64,000 nt of DNA from an uncultured Acidimicrobiia bacterium (GTDB lineage: Bacteria > Actinomycetota > Acidimicrobiia > Acidimicrobiales > SZUA-35), in contig CAWAEN010000001.1 of NCBI GenBank assembly GCA_963781035.1, positions 35,386-99,385 of the forward strand. Direction: 5' to 3'. The position numbers were made by a program, and so were the translations under genes. The notes beneath the pieces are model-generated. The model did no database searches. It was given only the letters and a program-made list of their open reading frames with translations, and was not told the DNA's origin. How positions within the stretch are numbered: the stretch's first letter is position 1; the number at the start of each line of letters is the position of its first letter. Below, piece after piece: positions 24,564 to 34,769 of the stretch.

Positions 24564-25241
24564 TCACGCCTTGGGGATCCGCAACACCTGTCCGACCATG
24601 ATCTTGTCCGGATCGGTCAGCATCGGCTGATTTGCCTTGAAGATCTCCTGGTACCGCAGCGGATCACCGAGATACTTCCTGGCCAACTTGGACAGCGTGT
24701 CGCCGGACTTCACCGTGTGCATCGTCTGAGCACCAGCAGCAAGCTTGCGACGCGTCGCCGCTGCCTTGCGGGCCGCCGGAGTGGCCGGAGCCGCACTCCT
24801 CGCGAGCGGCTTGACGGTGATCTTGTCGTTGACCCGACGGACGCCCTGCACATTGCCGACGGCGAGGGCGACCTTCTCACGATCCGCCTTGTTGCGGACT
24901 AGGCCATTGATCGTGGCGACGCCGTCGTCGAAGGTGACGTCGAGACGCTGGACCTTGAGCCCCAGTTGACCGACGTACTTCGTGAGTTCGACGCCCTTCG
25001 CGGCTTCACGATCGGCCTCGGCGGCCTTCAGCGACTTCTGGCGGTCGACTGCTGCCTTGGCCTTCTCCGCTGCCTTCTTCTTGGCGGCGGTGGCTTTCTT
25101 GGCGGCGCGGTCTGCGGCGATCTTGGCCTTGGTGGCCTCCTTCACCTGCGTCGCGATCTTTTCCGCTTTGTCCTTTTCCGCCTTGGTGGTGCCGATGCCG
25201 ATACTGGCGCCGGCGTCCTTTGCGAAGTCGATGACTCCCAT
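24564..25241 (-). CDS. BON-LysM protein (Kbp/YgaU-like) with Lys/Ala-rich inserts
   Basis: MGVIDFAKDAG, LAVGNVQGV, HTVKSGDTLS..IFKANQPML..GQVLRIP. Confidence 0.9.
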   Translation of the reverse strand: MGVIDFAKDAGASIGIGTTKAEKDKAEKIATQVKEATKAKIAADRAAKKATAAKKKAAEKAKAAVDRQKSLKAAEADREAAKGVELTKYVGQLGLKVQRLDVTFDDGVATINGLVRNKADREKVALAVGNVQGVRRVNDKITVKPLARSAAPATPAARKAAATRRKLAAGAQTMHTVKSGDTLSKLARKYLGDPLRYQEIFKANQPMLTDPDKIMVGQVLRIPKA

Positions 25242-25472
25242 TGATTCCACTCTCCTGTGTGATGAGAAGACGCCCGAGAGGAGTCTCTCTGTTTGCCCGC
25301 TTCTGCGGTTCCCGGACGACGGGCGTCCAGGAAACAGAACTTCTCTGCGGAAACGAAGCTAGTTGTTCGCCCCTGAGGGGTTCGGGATGCGGCCGCCGTC
25401 GTGGAGATCCGGCCAGACGTCGTTCGGTTCTGAGCGAGGCGGCACCCCCGATCTTCGGACACACTTGGTCCC

Positions 25473-25980
25473 ATGTTGTTGAAACCATGGCCGGCCGACT
25501 TCTTCGAGAAGAAGCGGGGCGAGAACTGCCCGCAGTGCACATCAGGCCGAGTCAGCGAGACCGAGACATGGTGTCCGCTACTACACCGGTGTCGCTGCCG
25601 ACGTCTATCTCCAGCGAACGGGACCAACACCTGGGTACTCGGTCGTGGTCTTCCGCGGCCGACATGTCGGCGATCCGCAGTCGATGACGACAACCGAGCA
25701 TACCGAGTTCTGGACCGACGTGAGCGCTGCGGCACGAGCGATCGAGGCGGTGTTCGATCCGGTTCACCTGAACTTCCAGATTCTCGGCAACCAGGACCCG
25801 CACGTCCACGCCCACGTCATCCCCCGGTACGACCCGGACCCGGCACCGTCGATGCCGCTGCCACCAGAAGCGTGGGAGGCGAGCGTCGAGTTGGAACCAA
25901 ACGTGTTGAAGTCACAACTCGACGCCCTTCGCTCACACATCGAGACGACCCGGACCGAGGGGTCGACACCGGTCAGATGA
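25473..25980 (+). CDS. HIT family protein (frameshifted)
   Basis: CPQC; LGNQDPHVHAHVIPRY. Confidence 0.88.
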
Positions 25981-26437
25981 CTGGCCAGACGATCTTGGTT
26001 CGCCAGGTGGCCGGGTCGGGCTCGGCCGCAGGATCCGACACGTAGCACTCCCACATTCCACTTGCGGGCCGAACGCCCTGCGCTTCCATCCAGGCCTGGA
26101 GGTCGGCGTAGGTCTGCTTCATCGTTTCGAAGGGGCCGATGTGCCATGCGACGACGGCCCGACCGCCTGGCAACACGATGGGGTGGGCATCCCCGACAGC
26201 GCCCACCGTGGTTGACACTGGGAAGCCGGCTTCGATGGTGACGGTCGCCCTCGGCACCTCCGGGTAGAACCCGAACGGCGGACCGACGATCTGCACGCCG
26301 GAGGCCTCAGCCGCGGCTGCTGCGGCCGTGAATGCACGTTCGAAGAAGGCAGGAAGGTCGGCCACAGCGACATCGCCGCGAACCGAGATGGCCTCTTGCG
26401 GCTCCAGTTCGACGATTTCAGGGGACAGTCGAGACAT
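25973..26437 (-). CDS. GyrI-like small-molecule-binding protein
   Basis: GPPFGFY, EAGFPV, HIGPF, WECY..DP. Confidence 0.85.
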   Translation of the reverse strand: MSRLSPEIVELEPQEAISVRGDVAVADLPAFFERAFTAAAAAAEASGVQIVGPPFGFYPEVPRATVTIEAGFPVSTTVGAVGDAHPIVLPGGRAVVAWHIGPFETMKQTYADLQAWMEAQGVRPASGMWECYVSDPAAEPDPATWRTKIVWPVI

Positions 26438-26521
26438 GCCCGAATCGTCCCCGATTTCGGCCCCGAGGGCCCGGGCCGTAGGTCCTGCCGCTGACCCGGA
26501 CGACGGAGCCCCGCAGGATCT

Positions 26522-27832
26522 TCAATGGTGCAGCTCGCGCCCCATCCACGCCGCCGGTGACGACCCCAGCATCCGAGGGCCGTGGGGCCATGTGCCGGAG
26601 ATCGGGAGGGCAGTCGTCACATCGCCGAACGGTGTCGACGTGGTGTGCATCGCCGCCGGGTCCACCGTGGGGCGCTCGGGCTCGAACCGCCGTGGACCGC
26701 CCATGACGACGAGCCAGTTGCGGGTTCGCAGCAGGGACAGCCGGGCCAGCCATGTGCCGCCCGCCTCGGCTTGGTGCTGCACGAGGCGCTCGGCGGCGAA
26801 CGCGGCGAGCAGCCCGGTGCAGTAGTCGAGCGCTTGCACGGGAAGCGGGGTCGGCGACGTTCGTCCTGCCGCCGCAGCGCCGGCGAGGACGATGCCGGTC
26901 GTGGACTGCACGATCGAGTCGAAGCCGCGCCGGCCGGCCCACGGTCCGACCCAGTCGAAGGCGCAGACCTGCACAGTGACACTCCCCGGTGCAACCGAGT
27001 CGAGCGAGAAACCTCGGGCTTCGAATGCACCAGGTCGGTACGCGTCGATCCACACGTCGGCCTCATCCAGCAGACCGCGGAACGTCGTTGCACCCTCCGG
27101 AGAATCGAGTTCGACGAACGCGTTCCGCTTGCCGGAGCCCGTCGTCAACACGCCGATCTCCACCGAAGGCAGGTGCTCCGATCCGATTCGCAACACGTCG
27201 GCGCCGTGAGCGGCGAAGGTCAGGCCGGCCACGGGACCGGCGAGCACGCGTGAACAATCGAGCACCCGTCGCCGACGTTCATGGTCTCGCGGTCGACCGT
27301 CACCGATCCGCTCGACCGAGATCACGGGAAGCGCCGACGTTGCTGCTGCGTGCGGGTGCTCGCTCCACTCGTCGAGTGTGCGAAGCCGGGCCGAAATCAA
27401 ACCCTGCTGGATCAGCACCGACTCGAGCTCGCCTGCGTCGCGTCGCAGGACCGCGGCCTGCACCGACGCACGTTCCGGTTCGCACCCGAGCTCGGCGACG
27501 ATCCCGGCCGCATGGTGAGGGAAGTTGCAGTGGAACTGGATGTGGCCCCCGTCAGACGTGTCGTAGTAGCCGGACAGGTCGGCCCAGGTCGGCACGCGTT
27601 CCCCATTGAGCAGGGCATCGCCGGAACACAGCGCTACTGCCCGCTTGCGATCGAGCGTCTTCACGCCGAACGCTGCGTTCGCTGCTGCTGCCGCGGTGAA
27701 CACGGCCTGATCGACATCGAATGCCGAGGCGAACGAGCCGTCCCCCACCAGAGCGACCGACTCGAGCGCAGGGCCGGGCACGAGCAGCTCGAGCTCGCTG
27801 AGATCAACGGCATCGTCCGACTGCTCGACCAT
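26522..27832 (-). CDS. CaiB/BaiF CoA-transferase family III
   Basis: VLDCSRVLAGP, GADVLRI, YRPG, RRGFDSIVQ. Confidence 0.92.
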   Translation of the reverse strand: MVEQSDDAVDLSELELLVPGPALESVALVGDGSFASAFDVDQAVFTAAAAANAAFGVKTLDRKRAVALCSGDALLNGERVPTWADLSGYYDTSDGGHIQFHCNFPHHAAGIVAELGCEPERASVQAAVLRRDAGELESVLIQQGLISARLRTLDEWSEHPHAAATSALPVISVERIGDGRPRDHERRRRVLDCSRVLAGPVAGLTFAAHGADVLRIGSEHLPSVEIGVLTTGSGKRNAFVELDSPEGATTFRGLLDEADVWIDAYRPGAFEARGFSLDSVAPGSVTVQVCAFDWVGPWAGRRGFDSIVQSTTGIVLAGAAAAGRTSPTPLPVQALDYCTGLLAAFAAERLVQHQAEAGGTWLARLSLLRTRNWLVVMGGPRRFEPERPTVDPAAMHTTSTPFGDVTTALPISGTWPHGPRMLGSSPAAWMGRELHH

Positions 27833-27908
27833 CGCCCAACTATCGGCTGGTCGACCGGGGAACGCCAATCATGATCGCGTCGACGTTGATCGGCGCGACC
27901 ATGGGTCC

Positions 27909-28454
27909 ATGTCCGAACCAATTGAGCTTGCGGGTGAACGGGTCCGGCTCGACTCGACTGTCGCCGAAGATGGGCCGGCTCTCATTGCCATTCGCAGGAC
28001 CGACCAGGTGCGCCGATGGTGGCGAGGCAAGGACTTCGAGGCGGAGTTTACTGAAGACCTATCGGACGACGAGGGGATCCAACTCACGATCAGAGCAGCG
28101 GATCGGATCATCGGAATGATCCAGTTCAGTGAGGAGGAGGACGCCGACTACCGGCACGCCTCGGTTGACGTCTACATCGACCCGTCCCTTCATCGCCGGG
28201 GCTACGCCAGCGACGCGATCCGGACGCTTGCCGACTACCTCTTCGACCAGCGAGGCCATCATCGACTGACGATCGACCCGGCGGTCGCGAATCGTCCAGC
28301 GATCAGCTGCTACGCCTCGATCGGGTTCCAGCCGGTCGGTGTCATGCGCGCCTACGAGCGCAACGCCGACGGCACGTGGGCGAACGGACTCCTGATGGAG
28401 ATGCTCGCGAGCGATCGGACGCGCTCCCGCCGAACACATTCGCCCCAACGATGA
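27909..28454 (+). CDS. GNAT acetyltransferase (AAC(6')-like/RimJ-type)
   Basis: RRGYASDAI, HHRLTIDPAVAN..AI.CY..IGF. Confidence 0.88.
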   Translation: MSEPIELAGERVRLDSTVAEDGPALIAIRRTDQVRRWWRGKDFEAEFTEDLSDDEGIQLTIRAADRIIGMIQFSEEEDADYRHASVDVYIDPSLHRRGYASDAIRTLADYLFDQRGHHRLTIDPAVANRPAISCYASIGFQPVGVMRAYERNADGTWANGLLMEMLASDRTRSRRTHSPQR

Positions 28455-28502
28455 TCTGAGGCAGCGTCACCGGCGGCAAGCGCCGCCGAGAATCGCGCTC
28501 CG

Positions 28503-29210
28503 TCAGCCGATGATCTCGAAGGCTGCCGCGAGCTCGACGCCCAACGCTTCGCCGATCGATGTTGCCGGTCCTCGTAGGAAGGCATCTGGCGAGGCCAAGT
28601 CACCCCCGAGATTGTCCAGGTAGATCTGATGACACGACAGCGATTCGACCCCGGCCGCGAACGTCTCGGTGACGTCGACTGCATGCGTCGCCTGAGGACT
28701 GCCGGAGAACGCAACGAAACGAACGCCATCCCACGCATCGGCTGCCCTGCGAAAGACCCACGGGTTGCCGGCATCACGCACGGCGTCGAGCAACGAACGA
28801 CCGACCGCGCGGTGATCAGGGTGGTTCCAACTGGGGCCGCCCCACGAATCGCGAAAGTTGATCGAGAGAACGACGTCTGGTCGATGGCGGCGGATCGCTT
28901 CACACAACGCAGCACGGAGTGCAACGCCCTCCTCGACGAGACCATCGGACAAACCGAGAAACTCGACGTCCTCGACCCCGACAGCGAGGCACGCAGCGAC
29001 CTGCTCGGCCCGCCGCAACGGCCCGACTTCCGCAGGTTCCATCGTCGAGATGCCGGCTTCGCCGTCGGTCACGAGCACATATGAGATCCGCTTGCCTTGC
29101 CCGGTCCATCGGGCGACTGCAGCCGCCGCTCCGTACTCCATGTCATCTGGGTGGGCGACAACGGCAAGGGCGGACAGCCAGTCCTCGGGGACAGGCTCGA
29201 GATTCGACAT
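28503..29210 (-). CDS. PIG-L family deacetylase
   Basis: AHPDDMEYG, TDGEAG, HPDH. Confidence 0.93.
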   Translation of the reverse strand: MSNLEPVPEDWLSALAVVAHPDDMEYGAAAAVARWTGQGKRISYVLVTDGEAGISTMEPAEVGPLRRAEQVAACLAVGVEDVEFLGLSDGLVEEGVALRAALCEAIRRHRPDVVLSINFRDSWGGPSWNHPDHRAVGRSLLDAVRDAGNPWVFRRAADAWDGVRFVAFSGSPQATHAVDVTETFAAGVESLSCHQIYLDNLGGDLASPDAFLRGPATSIGEALGVELAAAFEIIG

Positions 29211-29306
29211 ACGGTCAAACCTAGACGGCACCGGATACCGCTGTCAGCGGTGGGCGCGTCGGGTTCCCGCAGCCGGTGACGCGTGGGCGCGCTAGGTTCC
29301 GGCTCG

Positions 29307-29957
29307 ATGGCGCCTGCCCGCAAGATCGCATTCATCGGTTCACACTCGGTTCGCAAGACGAATGCGGTCCATTCATTCGCCGGCGCAGTCGGACGCAGCG
29401 GACGGAGCGTCGAGGTCGGTCGGGAGGTCGTGCGTTTCAGCCCGCTCGGGCTCAACGAAGGCGCCACTCCCGAGGCTCAATTGTGGGCGATCATGACCCA
29501 GATCCAACAAGAGCTCGAGTTGCGGATGCGCGCTGATGTGTTGGTCGCCGATCGCGCCGTCATCGACAACTTCGCCTACTTCCTCCGAGTGACCGGAGGT
29601 GATGACCCGTTCGGCATCAAGCCTCTGGTGCGGAGCTGGTCGAAGACCTACGACCTCTATGTTCGCCTCCTCCCCGACATTCCGCTGAAAGCCGACGGTG
29701 TTCGCAGCACGAACCAGCGGTTCCGCAACGAGATCGAGAAGATCCTCGACCTGATCATCCCGCAGTACGTCGACGCTGACAGATTGGTCGAGCTCCGAGC
29801 GTCCGAGATCAGCGAAGCGTTCGACTGGGCCGGTCTGCTCGAGCGCCTGTGCGGCCCTGATCGGTCCCGACGTTCCAGTGCCCAAGCCGGTCAGCTACGC
29901 ACCGACACTCTGGGATTGATCGTTGGGCCGGAGTCCCTCGTAACCCTGACCTCGTGA
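29307..29957 (+). CDS. NMP-kinase/NadR-like P-loop protein with non-canonical Walker A (3' end uncertain)
   Basis: KIAFIGSHSVRKT, VADRAVID, YDL, DGVR. Confidence 0.7.
   Translation: MAPARKIAFIGSHSVRKTNAVHSFAGAVGRSGRSVEVGREVVRFSPLGLNEGATPEAQLWAIMTQIQQELELRMRADVLVADRAVIDNFAYFLRVTGGDDPFGIKPLVRSWSKTYDLYVRLLPDIPLKADGVRSTNQRFRNEIEKILDLIIPQYVDADRLVELRASEISEAFDWAGLLERLCGPDRSRRSSAQAGQLRTDTLGLIVGPESLVTLTS
29891..29921 (+). repeat. 31-bp direct repeat, copy A
   Basis: TCAGCTACGCACCGACACTCTGGGATTGATC; one mismatch to 36435..36465. Confidence 0.9.
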
Positions 29958-30035
29958 CGGCCGACCGATTTGGGGCGCGCTCATAGCCGGCGGGACGGTA
30001 CCGACGCTTCTGTCGACCTCGATGTGGAGAAACCC

Positions 30036-33000
30036 ATGGGCGCCAAGGACACGCGAGACTTCTCGTCTCGCGATGAACTCATCACTCGGACTGCGACGAT
30101 CGCTGCGATCGCCGCGGGCTTCTCTATCTGACGTGGCGCCTCGTCGCCTCTCTCAGCGTCGGGACGCTCTGGCTGGGGCTCCCGCTTCTCGTCGGTGAGC
30201 TCTGGGGTTTCTCACAGCTCCTGATTCTCACCTTCCAGGGCTGGAACGTGAGGGGACCCGGAGATCCCCGTCGCAGGTCTCGACGACGACGACGAGCCGG
30301 TCACGGTCATCGTCACCGCCCACGGCGCAGCGCTGGACGACATCGAGCACACGCTGCTGGCCACCGACGGCCTACGCGGTCCGCACGACGTCGTCGTGGT
30401 GGACCGTCACCACCGGCCCGAGGTGGCCGATCTCGCCGCGAACTACGGCGCAGAGCTTCTCCATCGCCGGCGAGCAAGCCTCCGACGGCTTCTGGCATGG
30501 CCGCTTGCGAGAGCCGACGTCCGTTCGCTGCCTGGGTGCACGCCGGGCACGTCCCGATGCCGCACTTCCTCGAGCGGACATTCGGAGCCGTTCGAAGACG
30601 CATCGGTTGCTGTGGTCCAGAGCGCCTTCGGCATGCTCAACAAGGACTCACTCGTCCATGTCCGTCATGGCCGCGACGAAGAGGCGTTCGAGCGCAGTGT
30701 TGTCGGGCCGGCGATGAGCCGACGGGGTCTGGCATCTTGGCTGGGCAGCGGATCGATGGTCCGGGTCATGGCCTTGAAGACGGTCGGTGGACTCGACGTC
30801 GGTGATTCCGCCGCCGTGCAACGCGCTGCGTCTCGGCTCCACCGGGCCGACTGGACATCGGTCTTCGAACCAGACGCCTCTCGTCTTCCGGCGACGCCCC
30901 CGACACGCTGGGTCAGTACCTCGCCGAGCATCGGCAGCGAGCGATCGAGCAACTCGAGATCATCCGCTCGGTCGACGGTCCGCTGCGGGCGCGTGGGCTC
31001 TCGCTCGCGGTCGCGCGTCGCGCAACTTGCGATCCGCAGTCCGTTTGCGAGCGGAGCGCAGTCGGTGATCACCACCGCCGTGCTCATCGGCGCACTCGTC
31101 TCCGGCGTCTTCCCTGTCGCAGCGACCGTTCCGGACTGGCTCATCGCGTGGGCGCCGTTCGGAATCCTCGGTACCTTCGCCCGACACAAGCTCGGTCGCG
31201 GGACGATGGCGTACGGCGACTGGATCCGGCACGGCTGGCGAACGATCGGTGCCGATGCCGAGCGCGTTCGCGGCAGTGTTCGGCCGTGTCGCCAGCGTCG
31301 ACAGCCGGAGGGAGCAGATCGATTCGAGGCGCTCGGCCGGCTTCGCCTTCTCACCTTCGCGATGGTCGGTCTCGATCTCGCACTCGTCGCCCGGGCGAGC
31401 ACGATCCTCTGGCACGATCTCCTACCGGAGTTCACGACCGCTCAACGTGTTGCGGTTCTCGGAGCCAGCCTCGTGGCAGTGGTCCCGATGGTCGATGTGC
31501 TTCAGGTGATCGTCCGAAGAAAGCAGCGACGAGCGAACTTCCGCATCGACCTCGACCTCCCGGCGACGATCGACGATGACTCGGTCACCACCATCGATCT
31601 GGCAGTGCACGGTGTTGCCCTTCGCCATGTCCGTCAGCTCGAGGTCGGGGAACGCGTGCGGGTGACGATCCGCCTGCCCCACGAGGTCGGGCCGCCGACC
31701 ACGGTTGCGACGGATGGTCTCGTGCGCTCGTGCTCGCCTCTCGATGACGAGGCGCTGGCGTGTCGGCATCGAGTTCGTCGATGTGCCGATCGAGGCCAGT
31801 GCCGCCCTCTTCAGGTTCTGCGCGATCGAGTACCCGATGTCGACGGGCGAGGACCACGCCAGCATCGAGGCCCGTTCTCCCGGCGAGCTCGAAGTGCACC
31901 CCGCCGCCCACCACGGACTGGCCCGCGTCGCGACGTTCGTCGCCGCGTCGCTCGGCGCGCTGACGATGCTGTTCGGTCCGGCCGCTCCGTCGGCGTTCGC
32001 GGCGACCCCGATCATCGACGGATCCGTCTGCCTCTCCGACTCGACGGGCGCGCCCCTCGCGGGCGGCGACGTGTCGTACTACTCGGGCGGCTGGTACACG
32101 TTCGGCACCACCGACGAGACGCGGCTGCGTGGCTGGGCTGCTCCCCGATGCTCGAACGACGTTCGCTGTCGTCTACGGCGGCACCCGCAACGAAATCTCC
32201 CAGGACCCGACCGTCGACCCGCATGTGAGCTTCTCGACCGTCGCAGTCGAGGTCGCCTTCACCGACTCCACCGGCGCCCCCTACGCCGACATCCCGGTCA
32301 ACTACTACGCCAGCGGCTGGAAAGACTTCGGCACCACCGACGACGACCGGCCACGCCACCCTCGAACTCCTCGCCCAACGCACCACCTTCGCCGTCACCT
32401 ACGGCGGCACCCGAAACGAAATCACCCAGGACACCCGCACCGCCACCAACATCGAACTTCGCCACCATCCCCGTCGAGGTCGCGTTCACCGACTCCACCG
32501 GCGCCCCCTTCGCCGACATCCCGGTCAACTACTACGCCAGCGGCTGGAAAGACTTCGGCACCACCGACGACAACGGCCACGCCACCCTCGAACTCCTCGC
32601 CCAACGCACCACCTTCGCCGTCACCTACGGCGGCACCCGAAACGAAATCACCCAGGACACCCGCACCGCCACCAACATCAACTTCGCCACCATCCCCGTC
32701 GAGGTCGCGTTCACCGACTCCACCGGCACCCCCTATCGCCGACATCCCGGTCAGCTACTACGCCAGCGGCTGGAAAGACTTCGGCACCACCGACGACGAA
32801 CGGCCACGCCACCCTCGAACTCCTCGCCCAACGCACCACCTTCGCCGTCACCTACGGCGGCACCGCCAAGCAGATCACCCAAGACACCCGCACCGCCACC
32901 AACATCGAACTTCGCCACCATCCCCGTCGAGGTCACCTTCACCGACTCCACCGGCGCCCCCTATCGCCGACATCCCGGTCAGCTACTACGCCAGCGGCTG

Positions 33001-34433
33001 GAAAGACTTCGGCACCACCGACGACGACCGGCCACGCCACCCTCGAACTCCTCGCCCAACGCACCACCTTCGGCGTCAACTACGGCGGCACCCGAAACGA
33101 AATCACCCAGGACACCCGCACGACACCACCGAGTTCAACTTCGCCACCGTCCCCGTCGACGTCACCTTCACCGACTCGACCGGCGCCCCCATCGCCGACG
33201 TCCCCGTCGACTACTACGCCAGCGGCTGGAAAGACCTCGGCACCACCGACGACGACCGGCCACGCCACCATCGAACTCCTCGCCCAACGCACCACCTTCG
33301 CCGTCACCATCGGCGGCACCACCAACCAGATCACCCAGGACACCCGCACCGCCACCAACATCGAATTCGCCACCGTCCCCGTCGAAGTCGCGTTGGTCAA
33401 CTCCACCGGCGCCCCCATCGCCGACGTCCCCGTCGGCTACTACGCCAGCGGCTGGAAAGACTTCGGCACCACCGACGACACCGGCCACGCCACCCTCGAA
33501 CTCCTCGCCCAACGCACCTACCTTCGCCGTCACCTATCGGCGGCACCTCCAAGCAGATCACCCAAGACACCCGCACCGACACCAACATCGAATTCGCCAC
33601 TGGCGCCGTCACCGGCGACCCGGTCGAGATCCTGTCCTACTACGCCAACGGCTGGAAGGCCTTCGTCTCTGGCATGGAGCTTCTGGGCCAGAGCGTGCCG
33701 TTCCGGCTCGCCGACGGGTCGACGCGCTCCTTCACGGTCGTCGCCGGCCAGTCGCTCGCAGTTCCGTCCGGCCTGATCACCGAGCCCATCGCACCAACCA
33801 CCACGACCGCACCAACGACCACCCCACCACCACCACCGCACCAACCACCACCGCACCAACCACCACGACCACCGCACCAACCACCACCGCACCAACCACC
33901 ACCGCACCACCACCACCGCACCAACCACCACCGCACCAACCACCACCACCGCACCAACGACCACCACCACCGCACCAACGACCACCCCACCACGTCCACG
34001 CCCACCACGGCCGCACCCACGACCACGGCACCGACCTCCGAAGCGTTCGACGAGGAAATCGCCAGCGCTGAACAACGCCTCAGCACCACGACCACCACCG
34101 CCGCACCACACCACCGCCGCACCAACCAGCGCTGCACCAACCACCGCCGCACCATCCACCGCCGCACCAACCACGACGCCACCCGCGACGACGGCACCGG
34201 CCTCGGACGATCTCGACCAGGGAGTTGTCAGTTCAGAGCCTGAGGTCGAAACCAACGCCGAGCCCCCGACCGAATCTGCCGCGGCGTCCGTACCCCAGCC
34301 CGGCAACCCGACCGACTCGTCCGAGGCCGATGGTGGAACTGTGTTCATCGCCCTTGGGATCGCCATCCTGGCCGGCGCGCTGCTCCTCTTCTTCCGAGTA
34401 CGGCGCCGAACGTTCGCCGGGAACGTCGACTGA
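30036..34433 (+). CDS. Degenerate BcsA-like GT2 + PilZ + extracellular 75-aa repeats + Thr/Pro stalk + C-terminal TM (frameshifted; probable single gene)
   Basis: GGAG RBS, ATG 30036; YLTWR N-terminal TM; GT2 scaffold; PilZ RRANFR/DLAVHG/GIEF; open frame from PilZ end into the first repeat; ends VFIALGIAILAGALLLFFRVRRR, TGA 34433. Confidence 0.75.
32020..33680 (+). repeat. Intragenic array of ~225-bp (75-aa) repeats: 6 close copies plus a divergent first and a partial last
   Basis: Units start near 32246, 32473, 32698, 32926, 33154, 33381; VEVAFTDSTGAPxADIPVxYYASGWKDFGTTD..GHATLELLAQRTTFAVTYGG. Confidence 0.95.
33790..34200 (+). repeat. Low-complexity coding repeat, (TTTAP)n stalk
   Basis: Repeated ACCACCACCGCACCA. 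Confidence 0.9.
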
Positions 34434-34461
34434 CGGGCCGCACGCTGGTCCGTGAACTCCT

Positions 34462-34652
34462 GGGGGAGCCGGCTACGGGGCTACCACGCTCGTCGGTCCG
34501 GAGTACATGTCGGTCTGCTTGACGGGTTCAAAACCGACGCTGAGGTAGAGGTGTTTCGCTGCCGGGTTGTCTTGTTCGAAGCAGATCTTGATGCGCTTGG
34601 CGCCGGCCTCGGCAAGCCGATCGATTCCGGTGGTGAGTATGTGGCGGGAGCC
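34462..34652 (-). pseudogene. Duplicated 3' end of the GNAT gene at 37089..37977 (direct repeat B)
   Basis: ~190 bp nearly identical to ~37078..37270; HILTTGIDRLAEAGAKRIKICFEQDNPAA...VVAP. Confidence 0.9.
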
Positions 34653-34769
34653 ACGGCTCGGCTCGTAATGCAGCGATACAAGTGGCCGAGACTGTGCGGG
34701 TGACCGACCAGAAGGCTTCGACATCGGCGACCGGTGGATCGGCCTCGTCGACAGGCCTCCTGGCTCGAT

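Noticed and set aside
25265..25300. c-di-GMP-I riboswitch (GGGCAAAC on the minus strand)
   Set aside because: The GAAA tetraloop and downstream CGCAAAGC/CUAA elements are missing
27909..28454. Bona fide aminoglycoside resistance genes (this GNAT and the APH-like gene at 43068)
   Set aside because: Only family-level similarity; substrate cannot be inferred and there is no mobile context
30036..31800. Functional cellulose synthase operon
   Set aside because: Catalytic motifs are absent and there are no bcsB/bcsZ-like neighbours
32246..33600. Repeat array as CRISPR
   Set aside because: Units are ~225 bp, protein-coding, lack unique spacers, and no cas genes are present
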